Source of the DNA: Phaeosaccion multiseriatum
Lineage: Eukaryota; Protista; Ochrophyta, other classes
Reading direction: 5' to 3'
Assembly: GCA_965112735.1 (NCBI GenBank)
Contig: OZ218953.1
Span: forward strand, 5,084,001-5,148,000
DNA length: 64,000 nucleotides
The notes below the pieces were generated by a model. That model was not told the origin of the DNA and searched no databases. It was given only the letters and a program-made list of their open reading frames with translations. Below, piece by piece: positions 1 to 10,879 of this stretch; positions within the stretch are counted from its first letter, which is position 1; each line of letters begins with the position of its first letter. The position numbers and the translations under genes are program-made.

Positions 1-72
1 GGGAACAGGGGAGAAGGAGGAGGGGGAGTGTAAAGGTCTATTGAACTGAAACTGAAGCTGAAACTCACATAC

Positions 73-2107
73 TGCCCGCAGACACCTCCACCAGCACGTG
101 AGCTTGCGTGCATTGCTTTCCTCCTTTTCCGCCTGTACAGTAAGTCAATGATCCACAGCGTACGTCAATGAGCCACCGAGTAAGTCAATGGGCCACAGAC
201 AGCCATACCATCGATTATCGTCCATTATCGTTGAATCGCTTCTAGTGGAATGCGAGGATTGAAAGGAAGGAGGGTGGTGAATGGACGCGCAAGAGAGAGC
301 TTACAAGCAAGTCTAGCTAAGGATGGCAGTCCATGGACAGAGCAGATGAGTCTGTTGGCTTACAGACTAACTAACTACCTCTGTTAGCTTACTAAAACTA
401 ACCTGTTAGCTTACTAACAAACAAACTAACTATCCTCTGTTAGCTTACTGACAAACTAACTACAAGTAACTAACCTGAATGCGCCGCTCTTCCACATCGA
501 ATCTCCACCGCTGCAAGGCCCGGTCCTTGGCACCCTGTTCGGCGCGCGGAGGGGGGGGGTGGCAGGTGCAGGAGACAGGAGAGAGATGACGGTTACAGGT
601 GACAGGTGAGTTGACAAGTGACCAGGCGACAGGGTTACAGCGGTAGTTTCAGCAGGCGGGGGAAGGAGTGGGGAAGGGGAGAGCACAGAGAGGGGAAGCT
701 CTTTCTACTGTCCCCCCCCCCCTCCTCGGCCAGTGGGTCGCAGTGGGTCGGTGCCGGTGTGCGTGTGGGTGTGAGCGGGGCAATCGGGCCGAAGGGGTTG
801 AGGGGAAAAGGCCAACCAAACAAGCAGAGCAGGGAGAGAAAGCAGGGGCCACGGCTGACAGCGCCACTTGTGTCCCCCCCCCCCCTTGACTGAAGAGGAA
901 CTTCGCTGAGGTATCGCGCGGACAATGTGCTGACTTCTCGCGCTGACAATTTGCTGACTTATCGCGCTGACTATTTGCTGACTTATAGCGCTGACTATTT
1001 GCCGACTTACGTGCCATCTGCGGTACATCTTCTGCAGAACTTTCGCGGCACGGTCTTGAAGCACCCTTTCCCATTCGCCGGGCTTCTTCGCCTTCACCTA
1101 AGGGGGGGGAGGGAGGGAGGAAGAGAGTGAGTGATTGAATGAGTGATTGAGTGAGTGATTGAGTGAGTGAGAGAGTGATTGAGTGAATGAGTGAATGACT
1201 GAGATAGAAAGGTGCATCCCTCCTACGCCTGTAACTGTGCCATGCCATGCCTTGTCTGTGCCCTCCTCCCCTCCCTCCCTCCCTCCCTCCCTCCCTCCCT
1301 CCCTCCCTCCCTCCCTCCCTCCCTCCCTCCCTCCCTCCCTCCCTCCCTCCCTCCCTCCCTCCCTCCCTCCCTCCCTCCCTGCCTGCCTGCCTGCCTGCCT
1401 CCCTCCCTCCTCCCTGCCTCCCTCCCTCCCTCCCTCCCTTCCTCCCTCCCTCCCTCCCTCCCTCCTTCCCTGCCTCCCTCCCTCACTGCCTACCTCCCTC
1501 CCTCCCTCCCTCCCTCCCTCCCTCCCTCCCTCCCTCCCTCCCTCCCTCCCTCCCTCCCTCCCTCTCTCCCTCCCTCCCTCCCTCCCTCCCTCCTTCCCTG
1601 CCTGCCTGCCTGCCTGCCTCCCTGCCTGCCTCCCTCCTCCCTCCCTCCCTCCCTCCCTCCCCCCCTCCCTCCTTCCCTCCCTGCCTGCCTGCCTGCCTCC
1701 CTGTCTGCCTCCCTCCTCCCTCCCTCCCTCCCTCCCTCCCTCCCTCCCTCCCTGCCTGCCTCCCTGCCTCCCTCCTTCCCTCCCTCCCTCCCTCCCTCCC
1801 TCCCTCCCTCCCTCCCTCCCTCCCTCCCTCCCTCCCTCCCTCCCTCCCTCCCTCCCTCCCTCCCTCCCTCCCTCCCTCCCTCCCTCCCCCCTCCCTCCCT
1901 CCCTCCCTCCCTCCCTCCCTCCCCTCCTCGCCCCCCTCCCCTCCTTCTAGTCTGCCCCACTGACCTTCTCTCGCATGTCGCTCTCCTGCTTGCCGAGCAG
2001 TATGTCCTTGGCGACTTCCAGCAGCTCCTCCTCAGTGGCCTGAGTAAATCACCACATTGTCCACATGGGCCATGTTAGGATGGGGGGGGGCAAAGCAAAC
2101 ACACACA

Positions 2108-2143
<36 letters not shown>

Positions 2144-5100
2144 ACGCACACACACGCACACGCACACGCACACGCACACGCACACACACCACGCCTTGCC
2201 GTATAAACATCGTGAGGAGGTCAAACAAAGTGCATCTAACACACCTAACTTGGTCCTTAACAAAACTGGCACTCACACGACACACACGACACACACACCT
2301 TGTAGTCCCAGAGCTCCTGCTTGGTCTCTATGTTGTACAAAGTCATGATGGCGTGCTTCGGCTCCACGTACATTTTCCACGCACTGCCGGGGAAGCCGCA
2401 CATCTCCTCATGGACATCCATCGCCTCCTGTTAGAGGTGTTGGGGTGTTAAAGGTTAGAGGTTTGGGGTTGTTAAAGGCCAGGGGGTCGGTGTGCAAGTG
2501 TGCGTGAAAGGAAGTGTGTGTGTGCGCGCGTGTGCGCGTGTGTGCGTGCGCGAGTGAGAGCGTGAGTGTTTTGTCTGTGTGCGTGCGTGTATAAACACGT
2601 GTCTGACCTCTGACCTCTGACTGACCTGCAGCTCCGGATAGTCGATGAAGCCGCTCTCGTCCCTGTCAATGGTGCGCTGAATGCCCCTGATCTTCTCCGT
2701 GGTCATCTCCGGAATTTTCATCGCCTCCACCATCACCTGTTGGCGGTACACAGAGTGCCATCGAGTGGGGGTGAGTAGGAGGTGAGTGAGTGGGGGGCGA
2801 GTGGGGGGGGTGAGTGGGGTCCTGACACCCCTCGCCCCCCTCTGTCCTGACACCCCTCACCCCCCTGTCCCGACACCCCTCACCCCTGTGTCCTGACACC
2901 TCACCCCCCTGTGTCCTGACACCCCTCACCCCCCTGTGTCCTGACACCCCTCACCTTAAACTCATCATAGGCTAAGTACCCGTCTCCCTCGCGATCATAC
3001 TGTACGAAGAATTCCTTGAGTGAGATTTCTGGGGTCAAGGGTGTCAGGATAGGGGGGTCAAGGGTGTCAGGACAGGGGGGTCAAGGGTGTCAGGACAGGG
3101 GGGTCAAGGGTGTCAGGACAGGGGGGTCAAGGGTGTCAGGACAGGGGGGTGCGAGACAAGTATGAGGTAGAGGGACAAAGAGGTGGAGAGAATGATAGAA
3201 AGAGAAAAAGAGCAAGGGAGTGAGGTATATGGGCAGATGTGCAGGGGAGCAAGAGAGAGGGGGGCAGGGAGAGCCAGAGACAGGGAGCCACAGAGAGGGA
3301 GAGGGAGAGGGAGAGGAGAGGGAGGAGGGAGCAAGGAGAGAGAGAGAGAGAGAAAGGGCAGAGACACCACGGGAGAGAGAGAATGGAGAGAGAGATGGTT
3401 CTCACTTCGCCCTATACACACAATTACGTAATTCTTACGTCGATTCCAATAAGTCAGTAAGTCAATATTATATTACTGTCTCAGCCTGATATCAATAGAA
3501 CTTTACCTTTTTGGTAGAGCATGCTGGAGATAGAGGCCATGACCTGGAGGGGGAGGGAGGAGTGACTTTAATGACTTCACAGGAATCACCTAAGAAAAGA
3601 AAGTCGGGGGCCGAGGTGTGAAAAAAAATCCAGTTGTGACTGCACTTGTAATCAAGTGGAAGTGGAAGTTGCGGCTCATCAGACCTCTATATATATTGTA
3701 TACATGTCACTAACCTGGTTGGAGGGATTGGCGAGGAGCTTCTCCCTGGCGAGGTTTTCGATGGTCGGAGCGGCGTGGAAGGCCTCCTTGAGGGTCAGCA
3801 GAGCCTTCTCGACCATGTACTGCACCGCTGACACCTTGAGGGGAGGGGGGCCAGGAGATGGCAGGGAAAGGATGAATTGAGAGGTGGCACTGGAAGGGTG
3901 AAGGGGATGGCACTTGAGGGGTGCATAGAAGGCACAAGTGAAGGAAGGACAAAGCTCTTCTTCCTCTTTACGCACCTCCTTGGCGGTGGCGAGCATGGCT
4001 TTGTATGAGTCTCGCATCTGCTGCACCTCGGCAGCTGACTCGACCGCCCACCGCTCCTGCAGGAGGAGGAGTGAGTGGTGAGTAGTGAATAGGGCAAAGG
4101 AGGGTGCAAGAGGGTGTCAAGAGGCCACTAAGGACTGAGCAATGACTGTGCACTGACTCATCGTCAACACTGACCACAGAACACTCTGATCACAGAACAC
4201 TGACCACAGAACCCTGACCACAGAGCACTGACCTCGAATGCCTTGGTGAGCTCAACCGTTTCTTCGTACACGCGCTTCCTCCTCTGCTCCCTCTGACTGG
4301 CGAGCACCTTCCTGTCTCTGGCTGCTTGCACTGCCTCCTCCTTCTGTTGACGCATCTTGGCCTGGTAGGAGGCCTCCGCCATCTGCAGAGACCAGGGGGA
4401 GAGGGGGAGGTGGAGAGGCACACACGCCGGCAATGAAGGGTGGGTGGGTGGGTGGGTGAGTGAGTGGCGCTCCCTACCCACACGCTTCCCCATACCAATG
4501 CCTGACTGGCGACTGCCCATATGCCTACCCCTCTCTGCCCCATATACCTCTTGCCCCTCAGACACACTGACTCACTGACTCACCTTGGCTGCCTTGGCTT
4601 CGATCTTTCGGCGGACCTCCGCCTCTTTTGCCTCCTCCTCCTCTCGCTGAAGCTTCTCCTCGGCCAAGCGTATCTCCTATCGTAGTTCAACAAAGAAGGG
4701 CATGTCATATCGAGGGCATCGAGAGCGCGTACCGGTAGCATGGAGAGGACATGTATCGAAGTATCGAAGTATCGAAGATAGAAGAAGATGAAATGAAGGA
4801 AGGAGGGTATATCGAAGTGGGGGGGGGGGCAAGAGGAGGCAGGAGGAGGTCGGTAATACGATAACAAACACAAACAGAAGAGCCAGCAACACTTCCCATC
4901 CCTCTCCTCGGCATCCACTGCCATCCCTCTCCAACCACCCACTGCCATCCGTCCCCTGCCCATCCACTGCCATCCCTCTCCATCCCTCCCGACCCACCTG
5001 TGCGATTTGGTCGGCCCTCCGAGTCAGCCTGTCCTCCTCGTTCCTCTGCGCCACCACTCTTCTTGCCTCATCTCTAAAGGCGAGGAAGTGAGACCTCAGC

Positions 5101-5897
5101 AGTCGAGTGTCGGCAAGGGAAGCGCAATGCTCCCACGCGGACATGAGCGACGCCTTGGAGGGGAGAAAGGGGAGGAAGGGGACGACAGGGGAGGAAGGGG
5201 GGGGAGGGGACGAAAGGGGAGGGAGTGAGGGAGCGGAGGGGAAGGAGGAAGAGGAGGGGAGGGAGGGAAGGAAACCGAGCGATAGGATCGAGTGAGTGCG
5301 TTGTTCAATCACTCCTCGCACGCACGTGCCCACCACGGAAGAGTGGAGGGAGTCACGCTGCAACGCTTCATGTACGAAATACAATACAAGCTTTCACCCC
5401 CTCTCTCCTCCCCTCTCTCCTCCTCTCTCTCTCCCCCTCTTTCCTCCCCTCTCCCCTCCCCTCTCCCCTCCCCGCTCTCCTACTCTCGCTCCTCTCTGCT
5501 CTGTTTTGTTCCGCTCTGCTCTCCACCCCCCCCCCCTCCCCTCCCCTTCCTCCCTTCCCCTCCCTCCCTTCCCCTCCACTCTCCCCCCCCCCCTTCCCCT
5601 CCCTTCCCCTACCCTCCCCTACCCTCCCCTCTCCTCTCCCCTCCCCCCCCCCAAACACAAACACTTACCGTTTCGTACCACCTGTACACAAGCTTGCGCT
5701 TGTCCACTTTATTACACACATGCCGCAGCACTGCCCCCCCCCTGACTATCTCCTTCCCAGCCTTGGAGCATGTCCAACTGAGGCCCTTGAGTTTGAGTTG
5801 GATGTGCACGAGTTGGACGATTCGAGAGAAGCGTAGGCGGAGGACACGCAGCCTGATCATAATGATAAGTCAATGAAAGTGATGATGATGATGGTGG

Positions 5898-5928
<31 letters not shown>

Positions 5929-6403
5929 AATCGAAGGGAAGGGGGTAGCAGCGGGTGTCGGAGGAGAGAGCAGTTGATGGCCGTAGGGGGCAGATGGCAG
6001 TGGATGAGTGGATGGAGAGCTGGGGTGGAGGGGTCCATAAGCGCACACACGCAACGGCGGCAAGGGCAGAGCAGAGCAGAGCATAATCACGTGTATCATC
6101 CACTTCAAGACGCTTACATGCACATGCGCAAAGGGAGGGACTCCTTCCCTCCCTCCCTCCCTCCCTCCCTCCACATCTCTCTCTCTCTCTCTCTCTCGCT
6201 CTCTCTCTCTCTCTCGACCGACCGACCGACCGACCAACCGGCCAAACCCGCCTCACCTGCCCATCTGCTCGGCCCTCTGCCTGAGCTTGCGCATTCTTGC
6301 CTTTCCTGCAGCTTTGCCGAGCCAAAAGGAGAGGGCGAGCCTCACCCGGCGCTGTCCCACTTGTCGGAGCTGCAGCTTCATCTCCTACCCAGATCAGAAA
6401 CCC

Positions 6404-6438
<35 letters not shown>

Positions 6439-9400
6439 GGACAGACAGACAGACAGACGGACAGACAGACACACACAGGACGGGAGGGAGGGAGGGGTGG
6501 AGGGAGGGAGGGAGTGCGTGAGTGGGCACGCTGGGGAAGAACAAACATGATAGCGAATACTGAAACTGGAGAAGGTGTGTGTGTCGAGGTGTGGACACGA
6601 AGCTACAGTACCCCTATACTTGACTAACTCACTCACCCTGCGTGCATCCAAGAAGTGAGCCCACTCCACAAAGAAATGCTTCTTGAGGGTGCGTACGTGC
6701 CAATTCACCGCCCGTGTGAGCTTCATGCCCGCCAGCCTGTGATTGAGCTTGTCGAAGGGCTCTCCCTCGAGCCCTTTCAGCACCTCGAGACGGTACGAGG
6801 AGGGGAGGCGCTTCCACATTTGCTCTCGGAAGGTCTCCATGATACTGTGCGTGTATGTATGTGGGTGGGTGTGTATGTGTGTGCGTGTGTGTGTGGGTGT
6901 GTGGTATGTGTGTGGGTGGATGTATGGTGTGTGTGTGTGTGTGGGTGCGTGTGTTCGAATGCGTCGTGCGTGTATGTGTGTGTCGCAGTGGGGGGGAGGT
7001 ACAAAGAGACAGACGCGCACGCACATACAATGAGAGAGAAAAGAGTGAGAGAAGGGCAATAAGCCGGACATAAGCCGGACAGACAGAAGAGAGCGACAAT
7101 GGGAAAGGCCACTCAGTCGGTCAGTCAGTCGGTCAGTCAGTCGGTCAGGCTCAGACCGAACATTCACTCGCAACATCGTCCGTCCCGTGTGTGCATCTCT
7201 CTATGTAATATTGATTCTCTCTTCCTGTGGGACCCTCTCCTACTCCTTCTCTCCCTCTCGGTCGGTGCCTCTCTCTCTTTTCTTCTCTTGGTTATCTCTC
7301 TCCCCCCTTCCCTTTCTCTTCCTTTCTCCCTCTCTCTCTCTCTGATAGATACCTCGAGTTGTTTTCGAGGATTTCGAGGAGAAGGCCTGTATACGCACGC
7401 ACACACACACGCACACACACACGCACACACACGCACACACACACGCACACACACACACGCACGGGGCAGGGTGGGGGGGGGAGGCGGCAGAAAAAGACAT
7501 GAGAGACGAGCGAGACAGCGATGGAGGCACATGGGAGACGAGAGAGACACATGGGGAAGATGAAGAAACCCCGCGACGCGGCATGGAGCTGTGCACAATC
7601 ACTGCACTGATTTTGCTCTCACTCACCGTGTGACAGCTTTTTGAACTTCCTCTTGAGGCCCAACACAGCCGCGGCCTCATTGAGCTTCTGCTCCACTCGG
7701 GCACTACACTGGCGCTCCTCCTCCGCTGTGATGGAGGGAAGGCGGAAGATGGCGAGGCAGTCCTCTCTCCAGCTCCAGTCGAGTGTGTTGGTGGTGCTGG
7801 TGCTGGTGCTGGGGCGGTGCTGGGCGCTGCGGGGGGCATATGTCTCGAGGAAGGACAGGAGAAGTTGCCGGGGCTTATCCCTTCGTGTATGTGTGTGTGT
7901 GCGTGTGTGTGCGCGTGCGTGTGTGTATGTATATGTGTGTGGAAGTGTGTGGAAGTGTGTGTGTGTGTGTGTGTGTGGGCGCGGGAGGGGACAGAGATGC
8001 AGAGATGCATGAGTATCTGGCGCACTATCCGAAAGAAAGCAAAGAACATTCGGCAGCACAGATGGCACCAGAGGGTGCAGATATACAATGCTCATGGAAA
8101 GAAGGGGAAAAAGACAAGAAAGAAGAAGAACGAATGAACAAACACACCCAAACACAACAGCCCCCCTCCCTCCCTTCCTTCCTTCCTCCTTCCTCTCTCG
8201 CCCCATCACTCCTAAGTCAATAAATTGATAGTAGCACGTAAGCAGGCGAGAGCTCACCGAATCATGGGGTAGAGCTCCACTATCCGGAGGCGGCACAGGA
8301 TGTCTCTGTAATCCACACTGCCGTCCTTCCCCCCTTGGTCTTGCGCGTGGTGGTGAGAACAAGCAGAGCCAGAAGAAGGGCCACACGAAGAAGGAGAAGG
8401 ACAAGAAAAGGAGGAGGAGGAGGAGGAGGAGGAGGAGGTGTGTGCCTCCCCCCCTCCCCGCCCCCGATCACAGCTGTCGTACATGGACTCCAAGTGCACA
8501 TCCATTCTCAACTTGCGATCGAACACAAACTCCTGCATGACGGCGGAGACGAAGGCGCTCTTGGCCACGGTCACTCCGGCTCCTCCGAGCTTGAGCATTG
8601 CGTTCTCGAGGCTTCGGTAGCGGTACGGCTTCTCGCTGGCAACTTTGTGGAAGTGGCGGATTTCCTAGCGCGTGTTGTCGTTTGTTGTTGTCAGTTGGGA
8701 AGGAGGGAAGGATCAAGTCATGGACGAATCACAAGAGTGAGTAAGAAGCGTGGCGCTGCAAGACGTAGGGTTCGGATATAGAGGGCTCAGTGGAAGGCGT
8801 ACTGGACGGACGAGGGAGCGTTCGTGAGGCCAAAATGATTCCTGGAACACGACGAATTGCCTTTCAACAGAGAGCGAGAGAGAGAGAGAGGGAGAGAGCT
8901 CTTGCAGTGCTCAAAACGCGCGCACGCGCGTCACACCACTTTCCTTACCATCCAAAGTCTTCTTCTCCTCTTCTCTTGCTTGTCTGCGTCCAAGAAGGGC
9001 TTCAGTCTCGGGTCATCCTTGCCGAGAAACTCCTCGCCACCCTCCGCCCCCTGCTCCTCTCTATCCCGCAGACCTTGCTGCCGGGGATCAGGCGGAGGTG
9101 GAGACGCACTGGCGGCCGCTCTCGGAACAGGGTGGGGCAGCCTCCTCTTCCTCCCCACCACTCGGGCCTGGGAGTCCTCCCTCTCTGCCTGCCTGCTCTC
9201 GTCCTCCTTTTCGCCCTTCCTCCTCCTTCTCTCCGCGGCCCCATGCTCCCTCCTGGCCACTGCTGCTGCGGCTGTCAGGCTCTGCCGGGAAGCGTAATGT
9301 TCGTATGTGTTGGTGTTGGGCTTGTTTCTTGTGCCGCCTCTGTCACGCTTCCTCACGCCCACCAACTCGGCATCGAAAGCCGGGGCGCTGTCACCATCGC

Positions 9401-9536
9401 CCTGTGATAAAGCCCCATCGTCACCATGTCTGTCTCTTCCCCCTTCTCCGCCTGTTGTTCCTGAGTGCTCTATTTGTGGGAGGACTCCTGAATGCTCCCC
9501 TCTGCTCGGACTAATTTCCGGGAGATGCACACCCAT
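73..9536 (-). CDS. Multi-exon EF-hand / Sfi1-like repeat / coiled-coil / WW-like / IQ-motif protein (3' end lies beyond the window start)
   Basis: About 22 GT-AG exons splice in frame (approx. 9536-8949, 8841-8803, 8664-8472, 8340-8258, 7880-7628, 7386-7353, 6844-6637, 6384-6257, 5852-5669, 5153-4998, 4676-4584, 4382-4233, 4056-3976, 3834-3715, 3543-3507, 3028-2955, 2736-2626, 2427-2299, 2039-1965, 1097-1011, 534-475, 132-73). Motifs: EF-hand loops YDREGDGYLAYDEF and IDRDESGFIDYPEL plus a degenerate KDGSVDYRDI; WW-like SAWKMYVEPKHAIMTLYNIETKQELWD; IQ-like AAKVLQKMYRRW and NARKLTCWWRCLRA. No stop codon is reached in the window. The 5' exons are the least certain. Confidence 0.8.
352..474. repeat. 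Intronic minisatellite containing CTGTTAGCTTAC (sense strand GTAAGCTAACAG), 3 copies plus 1 variant
   Basis: Exact copies at 381-392, 403-414 and 437-448; variant CTGTTGGCTTAC at 352-363; interspersed with ACTA repeats. Confidence 0.85.
912..1010. repeat. 24-bp intronic minisatellite (about 4 copies, TGCTGACTTATCGCGCTGACTATT-like)
   Basis: Visible tandem repeat beginning exactly at the donor (GTAAGT) of exon 1097-1011. Confidence 0.85.
1262..1945. repeat. Long (CCCT)n/(CCTG)n microsatellite in an intron of gene 1
   Basis: About 680 bp of near-pure CCCT with CCTG interruptions; it generates the spurious PPSL and GGRE ORFs. Confidence 0.97.
2817..3150. repeat. Two ~24-bp minisatellite arrays in inverted orientation flanking exon 3028-2955
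   Basis: 2817-2954 repeats CCCCCTGTGTCCTGACACCCCTCA; 3030-3150 repeats TCAAGGGTGTCAGGACAGGGGGG, whose reverse complement CCCCCCTGTCCTGACACCCTTGA is nearly the same unit. Confidence 0.88.
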
Positions 9537-9806
9537 CCTTGGAGCGCAAAGAACGGTCCCTTACGGAGTACCCCCTCCGTCAGTCGTCATATGCCGTCCA
9601 TCGGAAAAACGCCACCGACCAGGAGGGAAGCGCAAGCCCAGCACCAATTGCCAGCACCCCCCCCCCCAAAAAAAAAAAAAAAAGAAAGAAACGTCAATAA
9701 CGCGCCAGCTGTGATGGAGTCTCTGGATAACCAAAGACGAAAGGTGGGCGTGACGATACTCGATATTAAGCAATCGATATCAGCAATCCGCTCGTTGGAT
9801 AACGGA
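9537..9806. promoter_or_regulatory. Probable bidirectional promoter / 5' UTR region between gene 1 and the cyclophilin gene
   Basis: 270 bp between divergent ATGs (9536 minus, 9807 plus); contains a C-run followed by a poly-A tract. Inferred from gene geometry only. Confidence 0.5.
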
Positions 9807-10840
9807 ATGGCGGCCCTTCTCGTAGTTCTCGTCCTCGCCATTGCAGCTGCCCCCGTCCGGGCGTTCCAGGTAGGGGGCCCGCGTTTGTGTCTGAAGGGAG
9901 ATTTATTCTCTTTCCTTCACGCGGGTGACTCTCGCTCTCCTTTGTCCCCCTCGTTTGCTTCCTCTTCCCCTTCCTTTGGACAGCCATTCCCGAATGCAGG
10001 AGCTAGTGGAAGGGGGCGGTGTTTAGAGTGTAGGGCTCCTCACACCCTCAATAGGGATAGACTAAGCAACCTCAATGCCCGACGCAGAAGCAGAACTGAC
10101 GACGCGGAGGAGGAGAGAGAAGCCCCAGCAGCAGGAGGAGCATGCTCAGCGCAGCCCACCTCTCGCCGCGATGTATTGCGCGGAAGCTTGTCTGTGGCGG
10201 GAGCAGCGGTTGTGGCAGTTGTTACCGACGTTGTGCAGGCACCTATAGCAAATGCCGTCACTGCGAAAGCGGAAGGCAAGGTGCAAACAAAAGTGTTTAT
10301 CGAGGTGCGTAGCTTTGGCCTCTACTCCTCTGTCTGTGCTCTGCCTAGCTCCCACCCCCTTCAACCTCAGAGTATTGCTCTTACCCTCCATTGGCCCTTA
10401 TCCGTTGATGGCGCCATTTCTCAAACCCTGCCGCTGCTGCGGCCCTGCTCCTGTTCATTCTCCTGCTTACTTGCTCTCCTCCTCATGCTCCTGCTGACTC
10501 TCCTCCTCATGCTCCTGCTCATGATCCTGCTCATGCTCCTGCGCTGCCGCTTTCCCTCCCTGCTCTTGCTGCGACTTGTCTCCCTCCTTCAGATTCGAGT
10601 AATGGAGCCCCTGAATGAGGCCAACGGGTATTCCTCGTCAGGGGCCTTAAGGTGAGTCAGTCAGTCAGTCAGTCAGTCAGTCAGTCAGTCAGTCAGTCAG
10701 TCAGTCATTCCGTCTCTCAACCCCCCGCTGCCACGGCATCTCTGTTCGGAGGGTTCTTCCTCCCTCCCCCTCTCTCTCTCTCCCGCCGCTCGGGGGGGGA
10801 TTGAGGGATGAGCTTGTTTAGCTGTTGCGTGCTCTTCCTC

Positions 10841-10879
<39 letters not shown>

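Noticed and set aside
1195-2078. Long PPSL and GGRE ORFs, and similar THTH, VCVC and ERER ORFs throughout the window
   Set aside because: They are translations of intronic microsatellites that lack stop codons; no coding signal.
9492-9806. N-terminal extension of the cyclophilin ORF
   Set aside because: It overlaps the start of the divergent gene, includes a poly-A-derived Lys run, and would bury the clear signal peptide starting at ATG 9807.
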